Assembly: GCF_009914755.1 (NCBI RefSeq)
Contig: NC_060926.1
Length of the DNA: 64,000 nt
DNA from: the human T2T-CHM13v2.0 reference genome, Homo sapiens
Strand: one strand, 5' to 3'
Both the position numbers and the translations under genes were made by a program. Within the stretch, counting starts at the first letter, position 1; the number at the start of each line of letters is the position of its first letter. Under the pieces are notes generated by a model that ran no database searches, was not told the DNA's origin, and saw only the letters and a list, made by a program, of their open reading frames with translations. Below, in pieces: positions 30,681-44,689 of the stretch.

Positions 30681-31498
30681 ATAAAAATCTAATTTTTTAC
30701 CAAAATTATTTTTTTTCTTCCGGGTGAACATGTGGCTTTAACATAACTTCTATTCCACAAACTCAAAATCAAGCACCTCTGTTAACTCTTAACTAAACAT
30801 AGACTTTTTCTGAACTTTGGAATAGGAGTAAGGGGGAAGAGTGAAACACACTAGCTTTCATGCCTTGTTTAATTTCTAATTTCTTAAAGAGTGGACAAGA
30901 AAGAGAATGAATTCAGCAAAGTCTTTGATCCCTACAGTTCATATTCAGACAAATAGGAGCCAATTATTAAGGCTAACTGCCTCAGTAAAATAAAAAACAG
31001 CCAATTTAACTTCTGAACACAGGAAGGTTTTTTACCCATTATGGAATCATGAAAGATCTGAATGCACATGATATGGTGTAACCATAAAATAAGGTTGAGT
31101 TTTTGCTTCCTGTTAAATCTCATGAGAACAAGCATTCTGAGTGAGGGGTGCGGTAAAGACACACAGGGCTAGTCTTAAAAGAAGGTAAAGTTTCTGGCTA
31201 TGTATTAGGCTTGATTAGAATTTTCTGGTTAAAACGAATTCTCCTTCAGTTTTGTTTCTTTCATAGATGCTGGAATTCCTATAAAAGCCATTCAGACATT
31301 TATATTTATGACTTTTCTACTTTTTAAAAAACTATACTCCTCGAGAGAATAAAGGAGTAGGTTTTACTAGACACCATATTTAATGGGTTAAAGCAACCAA
31401 GTAAGAAGAGGGAATGTTCTAGAAGTGAGGGAAAGGGGATTCATGCAGACATGAAAGTGAAGCAAAGGTAAATGTGACAGAGAAAAATGAATTTGCCA

Positions 31499-31572
31499 TC
31501 TCTTTCTTTCTTTCTCTCTTTCTTCCTTCCTTCCTTCCTTCCTTCCTCCCTCCCTCCCTCCCTCCCTCCCCC

Positions 31573-31655
<83 letters not shown>

Positions 31656-31693
31656 CTCTTTCTTTCTCTCTTCTTTCCTTCTTTCTTTTTTTT
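31499..31693 (+). repeat. Compound polypyrimidine microsatellite (TTTC/TTCC/CTCC/CT)
   Basis: About 195 bp of C/T only; expanded tail of the adjacent antisense Alu. Confidence 0.95.
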
Positions 31694-31975
<282 letters not shown>

Positions 31976-33294
31976 TATCTGCCTTCTTTCTAAAAGAGAT
32001 AAAGCTTTCTAGCTGCCTAGTACCTTGGTGAATTTGGGCTGAGGCCATTCAGCGACAAGCACTGGAAAGAATTGAAGTGCTCCCAAGTACCTCTGCAAGG
32101 GAAGAGGGGTGATGAGCAGGGGAGAGGAGAGGAGGAAGAGGACCTGGTGGATGGTAGGAGGCCATCAGGTCTTCCATGTGATGTGCGAATCTTTAGCTAG
32201 GTACACCGTATTTTAGAAATGTTTGGTGTAAATGGATTTCTTTTGCAAACTGGAGAGGGGACTGAGTTTTGGGCTGATGCTGAGTGGAACAGAGATGGGA
32301 CTCCTGGAGCTTGAGACACAGGATCTTGGAGAAAATGAGCCCCAGAAATCAGCAGATGTCATGAGGGGACTCTGGGTTATCATAAGCTGTGGAATTGGTA
32401 TCGGATCTGAACTTGTTTCTTCAAAGTGCAAGGAAGACCAGCTAATCTCTTGGTTTTGCCAATTTAGGGCAATTTTCAACATTACGAAAATTCATTTAGT
32501 TTGGGTGCAGAGCTCAGATGTCCTCTCCATGTGGACACAACCCTACATGTGCACACACAAACAAGCACTTGAGCACACATGTGTGTGCACAAACCCCACT
32601 TTTCTGCTTTTCCAGGAGCACCGTATGTTATTTCAGACAAATAAGTTTGGCCAACTTTGATCTTTCCATTCAGGTCACTGATTGCTGAATTGCCACAGAT
32701 GTTGTTCTGCCCTCCTTAGGTTCTAGGGCATTTTCATTAAGGAGAGTTACCTCCAAGAGGGGTCATGGCAGGCGAGCAAACCATACTTGGGGTGCACCAT
32801 TAAAGACCTCCACCCCTGGGGAGCGATCCTCACAGCGGAGCAGGACTTGGCCCCTTACAAGTTTGCCTAGTCTCTCCCTGACAGGTGGGTACAGCAGCAG
32901 GAGTCTGAATTCCACATTTTGCAGAGCCCTGGCATAGACGGATCATTCAAGAGAAACTTCCTTAAGCTGCCCACGGCTGCTCAGGTCCTCATGTCTGCAT
33001 TCAGATGTGGCCTTCTTTATTACTAACTCAGGAGGACCTTGATGGATGTTAGTCTCCCTGGATTTGAAAACTATTTATGGGAGCACTGAAAATGGCATTA
33101 TTCGTTTTGATGGCAATCAAGTACATAAATGCCAATGATAGAGACTGAAGGATAAGTTCCACAGCGGATGTGGTTCAAGTTTCTAAATACTGCTGCCATG
33201 ATTCTCATGTGATGTGAAGGATATTAAGAGATCTAGAACTAGGATAGAACTGTAGCTCAACCATGCTAGAAAAAAATTTTTTTAAGTTCCACTC

Positions 33295-33418
33295 TATTTA
33301 AAAATATTTGTGTAGAGACAAAATCTCACTGTGTTGCCCAGGCTGGTCTCAAACTCCTGGCCTCAAGTGATCCTCCTGCTTTGGCCTCCCAAAGTGCCAG
33401 AAGCCACTGTGCCAGGCC
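33295..33418 (-). mobile_element. Alu left monomer / FLAM-like
   Basis: gtagagac...ttgcccaggctggtctcaaactcctggcctcaagtgatcc. Confidence 0.8.
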
Positions 33419-33525
33419 AAAAAGTTATACTCCTGAGTAAAGACTACTTTATAGTCTCTTGATAACCTACCATAATTTAAAGAATATTCTGATTGCTGTA
33501 AATTTCTGTATAATTTAAATCTTAA

Positions 33526-33888
<363 letters not shown>

Positions 33889-34451
33889 TTAGTTTAGTTC
33901 CTCAAGGTCAGGAATGAGTCTCATCTTCTCTTGCACCTCTCACAGTGCCTGACACAATATTGGGGACATTGATAAGTATTGTTTTGTGTATTACTTAGGC
34001 ATATTTTCTGTGGTTCTCTAGCAGTGGAGAATAAATGATTGATGATCTTATGAAGTCATAGTCCACCTAAAGACTGCGTAGTACGCAAATGAGTCTACCA
34101 TTATCTCCTCGATGTAGATTTTCATCTTTTATGTATGGTGACTCTAGGTAAGGAGAAGAGGTGATCTAGCTCACTTGGTGGGACGAGCGTCTTGACACAA
34201 ATCCACAAAAAAAGGAGAGTACACACAGCTGTTCATTTGTCTGTGTGTTGAGGTGGGGGTGGGGGAGGTGAGGTTGTATTCACACAGAGAAGACATCTTA
34301 GCTCTGCACCCAAACCAAAACGAGCGTCAGTGATGTTAAAGATTGAAGGTCAGGTGCTACCCAGGTTTTGTTAGTCTCTTGACATAAACATGGTGTCTAG
34401 ATATGGTACATATTATGAATCATTCCATCTTTTCAAATACATTTTGAAGGG

Positions 34452-34706
<255 letters not shown>

Positions 34707-35340
34707 AGAAGGTTTGTTTTTATTTTAAACACAATTGTGCTGGGTGTGATAGGATGGGTATATGATAGAGCAGAAAATCACTAGTATTTCATCAATATGG
34801 ATAGCATCCTCCATAGGTTACTGATTTAATATTGACAACAATACCCTTCACACGAGAGAGAGGTTAGAGAATTTGCCCAAAGTCAAGCAGCTGGGAAGAG
34901 GAAAACTAGGCTGTGCTCTCCCTAAATCTCATGCTCTATTATATTAGGGAAGACTCTGGCAGATGGCACATCCTGATTATTTGAAAGTCACCAATATTTT
35001 TAGAAATTGCATAGATAATTAAGGTTAGTTTATCCAGAATTCTAATAATTGCAGCACATGTCCATAAATCTCTATTACAACCACCTGAGATAGGCCATCT
35101 CGGGCATGTGGAAAAAGCCCAGGTATAGACACTTTGGATCCTGGATTTCCCTTGTACTGGCTGCTACCTTGGGTAAGGTAATTCTCCTCTCTGAAGCTCC
35201 TGTCAGCTTCTGAGGATTGCGTGGGATAGCACATACCAAATTACTGCACACAGAGCCTGGTGTACACTTAAGCACACGAGATGTGTCAAAGTTTTCAAAA
35301 ACATTGCCAACGAGGCATCAGTTACAAAACTTGCTGCAGA

Positions 35341-35440
35341 GTGAGCTGATATTGTGCCACTGCACTCCAGCCTGGGTGACACAGTGAGGCTTTGCCTCAA
35401 AAAAAAAAAAAAAAAAAAAAGAAAGAAACACCAAATAAGC
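35341..35440 (+). mobile_element. Heavily 5'-truncated Alu with TSD
   Basis: Last ~60 nt of an Alu plus A tail; AACTTGCTGCAGA at 35328-35340 and 35441-35453. Confidence 0.85.
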
Positions 35441-35599
35441 AACTTGCTGCAGAAATGGGTACTCTTGTTCTAGAAATGTGACTATAGGGAAGTTACAACT
35501 ACCAACTCGCGTTAAGGGAAATGAGTGACCTGCCACCTACATGGTGTTAGGGAGGTTTTGCTGAGAAAGTCACTCATGAAGAAGGCAAAATATAGTTAA

Positions 35600-35845
35600 G
35601 ACAAAATGTAACTATCTATAGAGATAAGGTAAAAATTGGAAATAGAACTTCATTAAAGATCTTTCAAATAGGGAGAATGTGGTGAAAACTGCAGTTAACA
35701 TTTGTTAACAGTGTGATCATCGGGTTCAGCTTATCAGTAACCTGGTTCCTGTCTCTTAACTGATAAAGAAAATGGGAGGTTTTTAAAGAGAGGCTGGCTG
35801 TTGTATTTAGTAAAGCTATAAAGCTGTAAGAGAAATTGGCTTTCT
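35600..35845 (+). promoter_or_regulatory. IL1RL1: IL1RL1 distal (haematopoietic) promoter
   Basis: GATA motifs at 35612-35617 (-), 35622-35627 (+), 35731-35736 (-), 35761-35766 (+); TATAAA 35817-35822; known GATA-dependent promoter. Confidence 0.85.
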
Positions 35846-35906
35846 GAGTTGTGAAACTGTGGGCAGAAAGTTGAGGAAGAAAGAACTCAAGTACAACCCA
35901 ATGAGG
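35785..35906 (+). other. IL1RL1: IL1RL1 non-coding exon 1a (start uncertain, 35785 to about 35846)
   Basis: Matches the recalled ST2L mRNA leader ending caacccaatgagg; donor AGG|GTAAGT at 35907. Confidence 0.88.
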
Positions 35907-35979
35907 GTAAGTGGCTTTGGGGTATTTTTCAAAAATACTTTTATCTCAAAGGGAACAAAATTTTCACATACGAATTTAG

Positions 35980-36412
35980 GTCATTATAACAATAATATTC
36001 ATTGTTATATTATTATAACATTATATGTTATAATAATATATAATATATATAATATATAATTGTTATAACATTATAACAATTATATATTATATATAATACA
36101 ATTATATAATATATATTATATAATTGTAATATATAATATAATTATATAATATATATTATATAATATAATATATAATATATCATATATGTTATATATTTTA
36201 TTATATAATATATATTATATATAATATTATATATAATATATATTATATATAATATTATATATAATATATATTATATATAATATATTTATATATATTATAT
36301 ATAATATATATTATATATTAAATATTATATATATAATATATATAACATTATTGTTATAATGTTATAACATTATTATATATTAAATATAATATATATAATA
36401 TTATATTTATAT
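35980..36412. repeat. AT-rich (TATAA/TA)n low-complexity tract
   Basis: About 430 bp, nearly all A/T. Confidence 0.93.
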
Positions 36413-36468
36413 TGAGGAAAACATTCACTCAATGACAGAGGGAAGACTTAGCTTTCCAAACAATCTTC

Positions 36469-36517
36469 TGTTAAAAGAAAAACTTTAGCTGAATTAAATT
36501 TAAAGGAGTTTAATTGT
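36469..36517 (-). mobile_element. Short ERV1 LTR end fragment (MER51-like)
   Basis: tgttaaaagaaaaactttagctgaattaaatttaaaggagtttaattg. Confidence 0.5.
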
Positions 36518-37324
36518 GTTTTGGTGCCTTATGCAAATGAAGGGCCTATAATATAATATATAATGTAATATATATAACATTATAACAATAATAATCATTG
36601 TTATCAATTTTGCTTGTGAGAAAAGTAGTATTACCAATGGGAAAATCATGGTACAGATTGATGAAATCCCTTGAAATCTTGTTTGTGTAATATGGGACTT
36701 TGGTCCAACGTGTTGGAAAAGACCTGGTTGAGGGTAAGAAAGGATGGGAGCTTTATAGTATACACACAGAGTGCTCATATTCTGGAGTTATTCTTTCTGA
36801 AATCCACAAAATCCAGCAGTGTAATCTACTCAGATGGAGATGAAGGAAAAAAACAAAACAAATGAAGCAAGAAGCTGCTGGCCAAAAGGGGTGAGGAAGC
36901 AGGGTCATACCCATCTGCAAGAAGAAAATAGAGAACGGACATGAGAGGGGTGGATATGAGGATATGAGAAGGCCCTCTTGAGTGAGGGCCATTGTTTCTG
37001 GAGGGGTGGGGAGTGAATGACTGATGTAAGTTCAAGTTTGTTGCGGGTGCCTGCTTTGATCCTCTGCTTGGTGGCTCCATTCTTCTTCTCTCTGAAGGCT
37101 ACTTCAACAGAGGGTGCAGAGGTAAACATAGCAGAACTGGCCCCCAAAGCTTTATCCACTGAATGTCAGTTTTTCCTTTAATTTCTTCCAGGCATAAGGA
37201 AATCGGAGGCATGTTTCTGTCTGGCTATAACAGTTCTCCTACTAGATCCTGAGGCCAAACTATTCACATGCCATTGTTCCTGAATACCATTGTGGACATA
37301 ATCATCTAATTTTGGCTATTCCAT

Positions 37325-37565
37325 GCAGAGGTTTGGAGACAGAAAGCTCTGGACTAATGCAGATCTGCATTTAATCCCTGCTCTTACACTTACTTGTTGC
37401 ATGACCTTAAGCAACTCATCTATGTCTTTAAATCTTGAGTTTCTTGCTTACAAAGAGGTGACCAGCATATTAGTAATAATATCATGTTTAGAGGGTGGTT
37501 TCTGAAGGTTAAATGGGTGTAAGTGTTTAGTGCATTACTCAGCCAGCAGTCAACACTTAATGATG
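37325..37565 (+). mobile_element. MIR
   Basis: aatccctgctcttacacttacttgttgcatgaccttaagcaactc. Confidence 0.7.
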
Positions 37566-38088
37566 TCAGACCTCATCATTGTCCTTATTTTTTTTGTTCC
37601 ACACTCTGGGAACTTTTATCTCTGCGCCCTGTAGATATGCTGCTGTGACTGCTGACTTGAATGTTACGGGATCCCCAGCAGGATCTGGGATTCTCTCTGT
37701 TCTTGAATGCGTTGTTTAGGTGAGGAGATTGATTCCAAGTTACTTTTCTACTTGGGTGCCTCTGTGTTTGGAGATGTGGCCGCATAGCTCAAGTGTATCT
37801 GGGGTGTCTTCAGTTTTCGGATACCTGTTTTTCCTCTAGGAGAATTCTTCCTCTATGTCCTTTAAAATATTTGTCCTATAATCACAAGGGTTTATATTTC
37901 TCTGCCCACTCCTCCATACTTCCTGGTTTTCTGGGAGTGCAGAGGCAGACAACTGCAAGGGAGAGCCCCGCAAGGATTTGGGTGATGACTTTGAGCCAGG
38001 CTGACATCCATGTCCAAGGGCAAATGCAGTCTGGTTGGGAGGATACAATGCAGGAGTCTTACAACAGTGGCGATGCCAACATTGTGGG

Positions 38089-38152
38089 AGCATGCATGTG
38101 TGTGTGCACGAGTGTGTGTGTGTGCGTGCACTTGCATGCGCGTGCATGTGCA
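38089..38152. repeat. Alternating purine-pyrimidine (TG/CA/CG) tract
   Basis: gcatgcatgtgtgtgtgcacgagtgtgtgtgtgtgcgtgcac...gcatgcgcgtgcatgtgca. Confidence 0.8.
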
Positions 38153-38937
38153 GTAGGGTCCTACTACAGGTTGGTGGAAAAGATCCCTCTGGTTCTAGAA
38201 CAAAAATCTAACAGCAACCAAGAGTCCAGTTCCAAGAAAGAGAAAGGAAAGGGCTAGTTAGGCAGGGCGTCTGGATTCTGAATAGGGGCTGAGGCCTTGG
38301 CTCAGACACAGAGGAGAATGGAGAAATGGGGTGATGACAGAGACATCTTTAAAATATTTGTGGGCCAAGGGTAGGATGGCTTCAACTTGTCTGGGATGTA
38401 TTTGTCCTTAGCACGCTTGGAATAACATAGCAGCAGCAGCAGCAGTCGACACTTACTAAGACTGCTATGTGCCAGACCCTGAGACAAGCACTTTCCACAC
38501 ACCACATCCTGCCATTCTTATGATGATAGTGCTGTGAAGTAGGGATGAAACCAAGTCCTTGCTGACTCCAATCTTGTACTTCCAACCAATGCTTGTGAGG
38601 GCCCCAGGCCCCCTACAGCAAGACTAAACATGGACATATGTGTGGCTGGGCTGAGTCTGTGGGATTGGCTCTGGAGTTGGGTGTGTCTGAGCCCTGGGTA
38701 GAAAGGGATGCTATCCTAATGAAAAAACACAGAATAAAGATAGTGTCCACCAAGATGTAACTGAGATTTAAAGAAGACTTGATAACTTATCAGTTGGGTG
38801 GGTAGTCTTGAATTTCAACAACTGCAGATCCTATCTAAGACCACTTTTGTCTTGTGACAACTTAGTTAAACATGACTTTAGTGTGGATATCAGTGGCCAA
38901 TTTTGAGCCCATTCTATGATTGGAACAAAGGCTTCCC

Positions 38938-39362
38938 TGTCATAGGTGAGTGACAACTATCTGGTCTGGTGGTACAGGGGTAAAAGAATTTACTAAGACA
39001 GTTGTAGATAAAGAAAGGCAGATTTATTAGAGAAAGTATGAAAATACATTACAAGGTTGCAATGGGCAGCACAGCCAGAGAGGAGCTGACTGCAAAGAAA
39101 CAAAGGCTTGCTGGATATTTATAGGATAGTTCCTGGGCTCCAGGGGGCTATATGCAGTACTGATAATGCCAAGGTTGTAGTGAGCTAACTTGCAGGTGTC
39201 TGGTGATAGTTGGGTGCTGGAAGATTCTGAGTTATTTGCTCAGAAGAGCTGTGTGTCCTGGGCCATGAAGAAAGGCAAACTTACAGTTTATCTGCTTTCT
39301 GTCTTTGCTTTCCCTTGGTACTGCTAGTCTGACTTTTTTTTCCCTAATTAGGATTCCGCACA
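38938..39362 (-). mobile_element. ERV solo LTR, antisense
   Basis: TG...CA ends; antisense poly-A signal in aggcagatttattagag; family not assigned. Confidence 0.6.
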
Positions 39363-41356
39363 TCCTATGCCTGTCTCTCAGGAGCCTTGCAGTCAAAGTG
39401 TGATGGAGTGTCTGAGGGCCGAGTCATTGAGTAATGGGGCCTCTGCCCTCTCAGCCCCACTGCCACCCAACTGAGGCTTCCTGGATGAGGGTGTATGCCG
39501 TGGGGAAAAGGAGTGGGATGATGTGGATCCCCCTGGGGTTGCAGGTCATCCTCCCAAATCCCCACTCTCCCTGTCTACCCACAGGACCAGTCAGCATTTC
39601 TCTAATTCCTCTTCACTCTGGGGCATTATGATCAGAAAATATCATGTACCTTTTGCTGCAATCTTGGCTGAAAGAACCTCACACTATACTTGAATGTCTT
39701 TGATTTACCATCTGAGCAGAGATCTCAAACTATAAAGAAAATCAGAGTCTCTTGATGCCCATGTTCAGGACAAGTTTTCTTGGATTTCATGACTCTTTAG
39801 GAACAGTGAGCTTATGGGTAAAGACCGAGACTTTAGTGAGGAATTCCCTCATCATTTTTCTCTTCTTGAGCAAAACCTTGTCTGATTTGGGGTTGTAATG
39901 TGCAAAATTATTTTCTTTTCATTTCACCTTTTTTTCTTAAGTAGTGGTTTCTGGAAATCTGAGCTGCTTTGTGCACCCTGACTAGTCTGTGCCAGATCAC
40001 GAACGTACACACCAACTCTCAAGACACCAGAAAAATCACCCTTTAGAGGAATTATCTAGAAAACTAGCCCCTATGCAAAGTGAATAACCTTTTCAAAATA
40101 TAATCTACATTAAGACTTTTGAAACTAACACATTCCTCAATCATAGCAACCAAATGAATTACTTAAAGTGGGTTTGGTTCCTGCTTTCATTAAGGGAGTA
40201 TTTTCAGGAAATTAGAGGTCTAATGTAAACATGGATCCTTTAGGTTTTTCCATTTTCTTTGTCTTCAGGCTGTTTGCTGCCACTTTCATCCTCCCCTTAT
40301 CTCAGTCTGCCAGTGATGGTTTGTGCCTCTGGTCGCTGGGTCAGATCCAGGACTAATTCACTCACCTCTGATTTCTAGTTCCACCCTTATGACGAAAGCA
40401 TTCTTAAATCTGATATTCACATAAAAAAGGATTTGATTGTCTTTGGCATGTCTCTGCAGTTAGTTAATCATGTCTTGAGCACAGAAAAATGGGAAGAAAA
40501 TGGAAATAAGATTTCTTTGATAGGAGGAGTCCTGCTAAGACTTGTCTGTCCCTGAGCTGAGATATGCTAATTTACCTTAAATCTTTCCATAAACCACATT
40601 CTGAATTCCAGTTTATAAATCTTTATCTTATTTCCCGAACCTCATCTCATACTTTTTATGTAATCTGGTGGGCATAGATATTCTCTTGGTGAACCTGAGG
40701 AAATCTAGAATGACAAAGGATCTAAAATAAGTAACACAGTTGCTCAAGTTCCTGGGCCCTATGGTAGAATTTCCTTCTTCAGAGAAGGGGAGAACAAGGT
40801 AGATAAAGAAAGGAGCATTTCATCTTGCAGCAGCTTGGAAGATAGCTGGGAGTTTAATTTTTATAAAAAAGAAAGCAATCAAACCATCCAATACAGCCCA
40901 TTTTCAACCAAAAGTATTTCAGAATTACCTGGAGATTTATCTAAAATTATGTAAAAATTACCTAGAATTACCTAAAAAAATTGTACAATTTCATTTCCCT
41001 TCTGTTACATGATATGGATACCCAGCTACTATTTATTAGTAGTAGATACAGACTATTTAAGAGACAAAATATTATATTCCAAAAAGTGTGACCCTTAGAA
41101 ACCAAAATTCCAAAGAAGAGTTCTTGTAATTGGCAAGGCTGGCTCTGATTGAGTGTCAAACTTCCTGTACAATGATGGATCAACTTAGAAATTTGATAGA
41201 TTCAAAGCATTCTGAAATTGTACAACTCGCTCAGCACTTGTATTATTTACATGTCTTCTGTTATTTTCCATTGAATGATGTTTTCATGTATACTCAGCTG
41301 CTTATAAGGGCAATATTTTAAAATCAGAGCAATTTCTTTAAAATTAAAATGTTTCA

Positions 41357-41702
<346 letters not shown>

Positions 41703-42019
41703 TTACAGATAGTTTAAGAATAATAAAAAATGTAATTCATAAACTCACTCCTTTAATACAACAAACCTGATTAATGTTCTGTGTTCCTTATTAGACTTTC
41801 TCCCATGTATAGCTTTACAAAGTGGTAGTTGATGAGTAAGTACAATTTGTGATATTTTTTTCACGTGAGAACAAACTCAATATGTCAATTACTTCATAGA
41901 TTTTTAATTTATAAAAATTTTCTCATATCTCTTATAAAAATAAAAAAAGATTTGATTTCAGTAAACACACATTTGGAGAGAAAGTTGATCCTCATATAAA
42001 CTCAACCATAGACCATTCA

Positions 42020-43150
42020 GTGTGTTGCAAGTTATAAATGCCATGGAGGAAAAAAATCAAGCAGAGTTAGGAAGATTGGGAGCACAGGGTTAGTTGGTCA
42101 AAGGGTGGGAGAGGATAGACCTCATTAAGAAAGTGGCAGACCTCATTGAGAAAGTGAGGGAGTGAGTCACACAGACACCTGGAGGAAGAAAATGCAAGAG
42201 AGGGTAAACAGTTGCTGCAACACCCTGAGGTGGGAGCAGGCTCGGGAGGCCAAGCAACAGGAAGGACAAAAGTGCACGTGTTGTGTAGTTAAGATTGGGG
42301 GTGTAGCAGGATGTAAATCAGAGAGGTGAGAGGTGACAGACCCCCAGGGGGTCTTCTTGTTCATTGCAAGCAATTTGGCTTTTGTTGGGTAAAGCAGAGG
42401 TTTGAAGAGAGGAGTAATTTGAAAGGATCACTCTAGCTTCTGCTTTGAAAATCAATTATAGGGGACAAGGGAAGGATCAGTGCAAAGACTAGTGCAATAA
42501 TTCAGGCAAGAGATGGTGGTGGCTTGGATCAGCAAAGATGGCCATGAGAAGTGGTCACATGGCTGAGTTCTGGCTGTATTTGGAAAGTAGGTTCACTGGG
42601 ACTTATTGGTGGCTTGAGATTGATGTGCTGGAGAAAGAGAGGTATAAGGATACCTCCAAGGATTTTGATATGTGCAGCTGAAAAAAGATGAAGTTGCCAT
42701 CAACCAAGATGAGAATGATGGTTGGAAGAGCAGATTTTGGGAGAAGAACAGGGATTCATTCTTGACAGGTTATTTTTGTGATGTCTGGAATATAGACAAG
42801 TGAAGGCATTGAGTCAGCAGGTGGACATGAGAACCTGAAGTTCAGGGGAAAAGTGTGGACGGCAGGTGTAACTGCAAGAGTGTAATCAGTATAGAGATGG
42901 TGTTTCAAACCAGTTAACTGGATGACATCATGTGGGGAGTGAGTGTGGACAGAGAAGAAAAGTGCTTCAAGGACTGAAACTTGAGGTGGTGGAGAGAAGA
43001 GGAGATGTGAAGCAGTAGCCTGTGGGTCCTGAAGAAAGATGTTGGAGAAATTGTTCCACTTTGACAGAGGCTGCTTATAGCTCAAGGTAAGGGGAAGACG
43101 CAGGACTGAGGATTCCTAAGCAACATGGTGGTAATTGACGATATTGATAA
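42020..43150 (-). mobile_element. L2, antisense
   Basis: gaaaggatcactctagct, caggcaagagatggtggtggcttgga, gaacctgaagttcagggga. Confidence 0.8.
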
Positions 43151-43974
43151 CAGCATAAAGACATCATAATTTAAACTAATTATTAACAAAATTGAAATTT
43201 AAAGAAACAAGTAATGCAATGTTTCCAAAGTGGATTCAAATTCCATAATATTATTGCAAAACAAACAAACCAAACAAACAAGGAAAACAAAGAAAGAAGG
43301 GATTCTAACATAAAAGAATTTAAAAATAAGTAAATCAGCTCGGAAAACTCAGCAGGCTATATCTTCCTGGTGGTTAGAAATATCTGCTTATTAAAAGGTT
43401 TCAAAGGTCCTTTGGGAATAGAACTTATTGCAATGTGTTTGGCTGTACATTTCTTACACTTTTTTTTTTAACTGAGGAGTCAATTAAAATATCCTGAAGT
43501 GACTGTCCATAGAACACATTTTGAAAACACAAATGCTATATAATCACAAATATATCTCCCTCCCCTTTGCTAGTGATTGTTACCAAACTGCCTCTGCTAG
43601 CTAGGATTCAACTCTTTCTCTTAACAACTATGCTTTGATGGAACAATTTTTTTAGATACAAATATTGTCAATGAGAACAATTATTATACAGTGCAGTCAC
43701 AGAAGAGAAACAGAAAAGAAAGGGAGGTGCAACAAAATGAAGGTAAATATTAGCCTTCACACTTAAATACATTTGATGAGGGGATAAAATGTACATGTAG
43801 GTGTGGATTTATGGGCTGTGTTTTTCAAACAATTACCAAATATTTATTAACCACCAACTCAGTGTAAGCTAGTACACTAGGTGCCTATAGTGATCCAGCA
43901 GGCTATAAGGCAGGATTTCTGCCCTTATAGAATTTTGGGGCATATTCTCAGTATCTTTTGTATCTCTCGCCCTC

Positions 43975-44272
43975 TTTTCTTTTTTTTGTGACACAAGATG
44001 TCATTCTGTCATCCAGGCTGTAGTGCAGTGACATGATCATGGCTCATTGCAGCCTTGACCTCCCAGGCTCAAGCGATCCTCTTGCCTCAGCCTCCCAAGA
44101 AGCTGGGACCATGGGCATGTGCCATCATGGCAGACTAATTTTTAAATTTTTTGTAGAGATGGGGACTTACTATGTTGCCCAGGCTAGTGTTGAACTCCTG
44201 GGCTCCAGCAGTCCTCCCACCTCAGCCTCCCAAAGTGCTGGGATTACTGGTGTGAACCATCACTCCCAGCCC
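43975..44272 (-). mobile_element. AluJ, antisense
   Basis: gcagccttgacctcccaggctcaagcgatcctc J-type. Confidence 0.9.
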
Positions 44273-44689
44273 TTTCTTTTGCTTTGTTATTTTAAAAACT
44301 TTTCTTTATTCTCTTTCTGTTACCTTTTAATAAACTATAAGAAGTCTTTCAAAACAAAAATGTCTTAATGTCAGTGGGTTAGGTTTTGTCCTGCATTATT
44401 TTCTTTTACCCCATGGTGGGGAAAAAAGCAAAAAACTGTTTGGTGCCTATACAATGCCTTATCGCACAGCTTTGGTTTGTGTTTACTCCAGTGTCGTCTT
44501 TAAGGTGGTGAGGTCAGTGCAGCTGGCCTGGGTCAGAACTCAGGGTCACTTCATGCCAGATGCTCACCACCTCTGCAGTGTTGTATGCAGAGATCCAAAT
44601 TCATCCTTCAGGGAAGGATGAACACTTATTCTCTGGGATGTTTTACAGTGAAAATCAGAAGTTGCTCTATTGTGCCCTCATGGCCTAGC

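Noticed and set aside
32213-32660. 142-aa and 89-aa overlapping ORFs
   Set aside because: No recognisable domain or exon structure; lengths compatible with chance
37793-38257. 154-aa ORF in intron 1
   Set aside because: Non-ATG start, runs through a TG-rich tract, no homology recognised
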